From positions 108,948 to 172,947 of the forward strand of contig CAVSWE010000003.1 in NCBI GenBank assembly GCA_963731595.1: DNA of 64,000 nt, in the 5' to 3' direction. The stretch is from an uncultured delta proteobacterium (GTDB lineage Bacteria; Myxococcota_A; Polyangia; Polyangiales; Polyangiaceae). This document shows positions 59,301 through 64,000 of this stretch, one piece after another (the stretch's first letter is position 1; every line of letters begins with the position of its first letter). The notes under the pieces are model-generated. The model had not been told where the DNA came from. It ran no database searches and was given only the letters and a program-made list of their open reading frames with translations. Position numbers and translations under genes: made by a program.

Positions 59301-62300
59301 ACGCGCGGCTCTCGCGTGCGCCCGACGCCGCCGCGCGCGCCGAGGTGCTCGGCGAGCTCGCGCGAGCGCACGACTCGCTCGGCGACACCGCCGCGGCGCT
59401 GCGCTCGCAGCTCGACGCGATCGCCGAGACGCCCGCCGCGGCGCCGGCGCACGACGCGGCGATGGCTCTCGCGACGAAGCTCGGCAACCCGGAGGCGTAC
59501 GTCGAGGCGATCACGGCGCTCGCCGACCGCGTGAGCGGCGACCCGAAGGCCTCGTGCGCGCTGATCCTCCGCGCGGCCGACGCGCTAGGTCGCGGGCCGG
59601 ACGGCGTCGCGCGCGCGATCGTCTTGCTCGAACGCGCCCGCGCGACCGGCGCGATGCGCGGCGAGGTGCTGCGGGCGCTCGACCGCGCGTACGCGTCGCT
59701 CGGCGACGCGGAGAAGCAAGAGGCCGTGCTCGGGGAGCTCTCGACGCTCGAGGCCGAGGCACGCCTCGCGATCCGCGCGGCGCGGCCGACGTCCTCTACC
59801 GACTCGCCGAGCTGCGCGCGAAGCGCCCCGACGCGGCCGACGACGCGGCGCGCGCGCTCGCGACCGCGCTCGATTTCGCGGCGGATCCCGAGCGAGCGGC
59901 CGCGATCGCCGCGTCGGCGATCGACGCGGGCGGCAAGACCGCCGCGATGCTCGAGGTCTTCGCGCGCGCCGCGCGGGCGGCCGGACGCGCCGACTTCTCC
60001 GCACGCGCAGTGTTGCTCCAGGCCGAGCGCGACGACGCGCCGCTCGCGACGCTCCGGGACGCGGCGCAGCTCGCGCTCCAGTCGGGCGACGCCTCGCTCG
60101 CCGAGTCGCTCCTCCGCCGCGTGGTCGCGGGGGCCGACGGCGATCGCGAGACGCTCGGCCGCGCGCTGCTCGATCTCGCCGCGCTCGTCGCGGCGCGCGG
60201 CGACGCGAGCGAAGCGCTCGGCATCGAGCTCGACGCCGGCGACGCCTCGAGCCCCGAGGACGCGCGCCGTCTCCGCGAGAGCGTCGCCGCGCGCGCACGC
60301 CAAATCGGCGACGTCGCCATCGAGCTCCGCGCGCGCCGCGAAATCGCCCTCGCGGATCCGTCGGACGTCTCGGCCCGCGCCGGCCTGCTCGAGCTGCTCC
60401 GCACGACGGGCGACGCGGCGGCGCTGCTCGCGGTCGTCGAGCTCCTGCTCCCGTCGGTCCAAGAAGAGACCGAGCGCCGCGCGCTGCGACTCGAGCGCGC
60501 GCGCCTCCTCGCGACGAGCCCCGAGCGCGTCGACGAGGTCGTCGGCGAGCTTCGCACGCTGCTCGAGGAGGAGCCGTACGACACGCAAGCCGTCGCCCTC
60601 CTCGCGGAGCTCCTCGAGGCGCGCGGCGAGACCGGCGAGCTCGCGTCGCTCCTCGAACGTCAGATCGACGCGGCGAAAGATCGCGAGGACGCCGCGGGCG
60701 TCGCCGTGCTCTCGCTCCGTCTCGGCTCGCTCGTCGAAGCGGACGATTCGGCGCGCGCGCGCACGCTCTACTCCGCGGGTCTCGATTGGGAACCGAAGAA
60801 CCGCTCGCTGCTCCTCGCGATGAAGCGCCTCTTGACGGCGACCGGCGGCGACGCCGGCGATCGCGCCGACGTGATGGAGCGTCTCCTCGAGACCGAGCAG
60901 GGCGAAGCCGCCGCCAATCTCGCGCTCGAGCTCGCGGCGCTCCGCGCCGAGCAGTGGGACGACGCGGGCGTCGAGCGCGCGCTCGAGGCTGGCCTCGCGG
61001 CGTGCCCGTCGAGCGAGGCGATTCGATCTCGCCTCGTGTCGCTCTACGAAGATCGCGGCGATCGTCGCAAGCTCGCCGCGCTGAAAGAGACCGCGTCGCG
61101 CGCGCTCGGCGGCGAAGCGGCGAAGAAAGAGCTCCTCGGCGCGGCCGCGCTCCACCGCGAGCTCGGCGACACCGTGGCCGTCGCGCGCGCGATGCGCGCC
61201 GCCCACTCCGCCGATCCGAACGACCCCGAGGTGCTCGCCGGCTTCGCGGGCGCGCTCGAGCAGCTCGGCGACGAGGGCGCCGCCGAAGAGCTCGCGGCGC
61301 TCCTCGAGACGCGGTCGGAGCCGATCGTGTACTCGGCGCGCGCGCGCGTCTTCGGCACGCTCGGCCGTCACCCCGAGGCGATCGCCGACGCCGAGCGCGT
61401 GTTCGCCGCGGACGCCGCGGCCGGCGCCGGCCTCTTGCTCGACGTCCTCGTGCGCGCGGCCGACGCTTCCGACGCGGAGGCTCAAAAGCCGCTCCGGCGG
61501 CGCGTCGCCGATCTCCACGCGTCCGCGGGCCGCGTCGACGAGGCGCACGCGCAGCTCGAGATCCTCCTCTCGCACGACGAGTCGGATCGCGACACGCTCT
61601 GGGCGATGGGCGCGCTCGAGGAGTCCGCCGGCCGATTCGACACGGCGAGCGACACCTACGCGCGGCTCCTCGAGCTCGAGGCCGACGCGCGCCTGGTCGA
61701 GGTCGCGCTCCGTCTCGCCGACGTCTCCACCAGCGCGCAAAACCCGGGCTACGCGCGCGCCGGCCTCGAGAAGGCCCACGCGACCGCGCCGGCCGACGAG
61801 CGCGTCATCGAGAAGCTGTCGGCCGTCTACGCGGCGATTGGCGCGCAGCGCGAGCTCGCCGAGCTTCGTCTCGCCGAGGCGCGCGCCGCGACCGATCCGA
61901 ACCGTCGCTTCGACATGCTCGTCGCGGCGGGCACCGCCCTGCTCGAGCACGACCCGGCCGCCGCGGTCGCCGCGCTCGAGGAAGCGCGCGGCATCAAGCC
62001 GGCCGACGCCGAGTGCACCGGCCTGCTCGCCGACGCGCTCATCGGCTCCGAGCGCTACGACGAAGCGCGCGACATCCTCCAAGCGGTCGTCGCCGCGCAC
62101 AAGGGCCGCCGCTCGCGCGATCTCGCGCCGATTTACCTGCGCCTCGGGCGCCTCGAGAACACGCTCGGAAACCCGAAGGGCGCGCTTCAGATGCTCTCGA
62201 CCGGCCTCGACATGGACGGCCAGAACGGCGTCGTCGCCTCCGAGCTCGCGTACGTGGCGCTGGCCGAGGGCGAGCTCGACGCGGCGACGCGCGCGCTCCG

Positions 62301-62481
62301 CGCGATCACCATGCTCCGCACCGCCGCGCCCATCTCGAAGGGGGTCGCCTACGAGCGCCTCGGCGAAATCGCGATGCACCAGGGCGACAACAAGCGCGCC
62401 GTCATGCTCCTGAAGCGCGCCGTCGACGAGGACGCGACGCTCGAGCACGCCCGCGAGCTCCTCGCGCAGCTCGGCTCCTGA
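50358..62481 (+). pseudogene. giant (~4040 aa) alpha-helical TPR-like repeat protein, apparent frameshift near 53215
   Basis: ORF 50358-53393 is protein-like up to ...LAEDAFVTNAALE (~53215), then Arg-rich. ORF 53113-62481 is protein-like from ...LSNLVEQVAERAEDRELLILAAQKR (~53212) to the stop at 62481. Both are uniformly Ala/Leu/Glu/Arg-rich helical repeats of the same character, so one gene with one indel is most parsimonious. Confidence 0.55.
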
Positions 62482-62502
62482 CGAGGAAGACGGGGCGAAA
62501 TC

Positions 62503-63063
62503 TTGGGGAGGGGAGCCGCCATCGTCTTCGTCGCGTTGCTCGTTCCCGTTTCGGCGTTCGGCGAGGACGAGCGAGGGGGCGGCTTCGATCTGCTGCTCGA
62601 GGGCGGCGCGCTCGCGGGCGTCCACGGCGCTCCTCTGTCGTTCGCGCCCGTCGCCCAGGTCGACCTCCTCGGTCGCGCGCGCGTCGCCAAGCATCTGGCG
62701 TTGACCGGCGGCATCTCCGCGCTTCCCGTTCCGGATGTCTTCTCGCTCGGCGCCATCGGGCGCCTCGAGTGGCTGCCGCTGGACGACGAGCCGCTCGTGT
62801 TCAGCGTCTTCGCAGGAACTCGCCTCCTCGTACTGCAACCGTTCTGCGTCGTCACGACGACCTCCACGTGCTCGACCGAATTCGGCGAGGCCGGCGGCTT
62901 GCTCGGCGAGGTCGGCGTCGCGCTTCGCACGACGCGCCTCTCCGGTTACCGTTTCGGACTGACGCTCTCCGCGGTCGCCGGCGTCGTCGCGCCGTACGAC
63001 GACGCCCAGTCGCTGCGCGCGTTCTACGTCGGTGGTATAGCGGGTCTCGGCGTCACGTTCTGA
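62503..63063 (+). CDS. hypothetical secreted beta-rich protein (C-terminal Phe, OMP-like)
   Basis: ORF 62503-63063 (TTG start in track). Signal peptide ([16 protein letters not shown]). Gly/aromatic-alternating segments. Ends ...GLGVTF. Confidence 0.5.
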   Translation: MGRGAAIVFVALLVPVSAFGEDERGGGFDLLLEGGALAGVHGAPLSFAPVAQVDLLGRARVAKHLALTGGISALPVPDVFSLGAIGRLEWLPLDDEPLVFSVFAGTRLLVLQPFCVVTTTSTCSTEFGEAGGLLGEVGVALRTTRLSGYRFGLTLSAVAGVVAPYDDAQSLRAFYVGGIAGLGVTF

Positions 63064-63070
63064 TCTCCCC

Positions 63071-63984
<914 letters not shown>

Positions 63985-63988
<4 letters not shown>

Positions 63989-64000
63989 TGAAGGCGGTCT
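63985..64000 (+). CDS. glyS: glycine--tRNA ligase beta subunit, 5' end only (partial)
   Basis: ATG 63985 overlaps the glyQ stop (ATGA) and reads MMKAV... to the window end. Assignment rests on gene order only. Confidence 0.4.

Overview
64 kb of very high-GC (~70%) bacterial chromosome. Gene content points to a myxobacterium-like organism, which is inferred from the genes present, not from a database search. The supporting content is many lipoproteins plus lgt, several eukaryotic-like Ser/Thr kinases including one kinase-AAA-TPR giant, an ECF sigma factor with a zinc anti-sigma factor, and a ~4000 aa alpha-helical repeat protein. Because GC3 is extreme, every frame carries long ORFs. I kept the frames with protein-like, high-GC3 sequence and rejected Arg/Ala-rich shadow ORFs. 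About 45 genes are supported. Housekeeping examples are lgt, tsaE, pdxH, glyQ with the start of glyS, a SufS-type cysteine desulfurase, heme A synthase, and an OPT transporter. A GH31 glycosidase and a sigma54 activator are also present. There are no rRNA, tRNA, CRISPR, transposase or integrase genes. Main observations: (1) a clear homolog of the eukaryotic major vault protein (repeat domains, SPFH-like shoulder, coiled-coil cap helix) sits immediately upstream of a tetraheme c-type cytochrome lipoprotein on the same strand; (2) two copies of a ~105-140 bp AT-rich element with terminal inverted repeats (GAGAGATTGAACAGGAAG...CTGTTTCTCTCTC), each wedged exactly between the stop codons of convergent genes; (3) at least six genes (PHP-domain protein, HK-coupled protein, pdxH, OPT transporter, GH31, the giant repeat protein) carry single-nucleotide frameshifts, most of them at homopolymer runs, which suggests assembly indel errors rather than true pseudogenes; (4) 4-nt start/stop overlaps (GTGA/ATGA) are used repeatedly and mark translationally coupled pairs. 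Coordinates derived by hand may be off by 1-3 nt.
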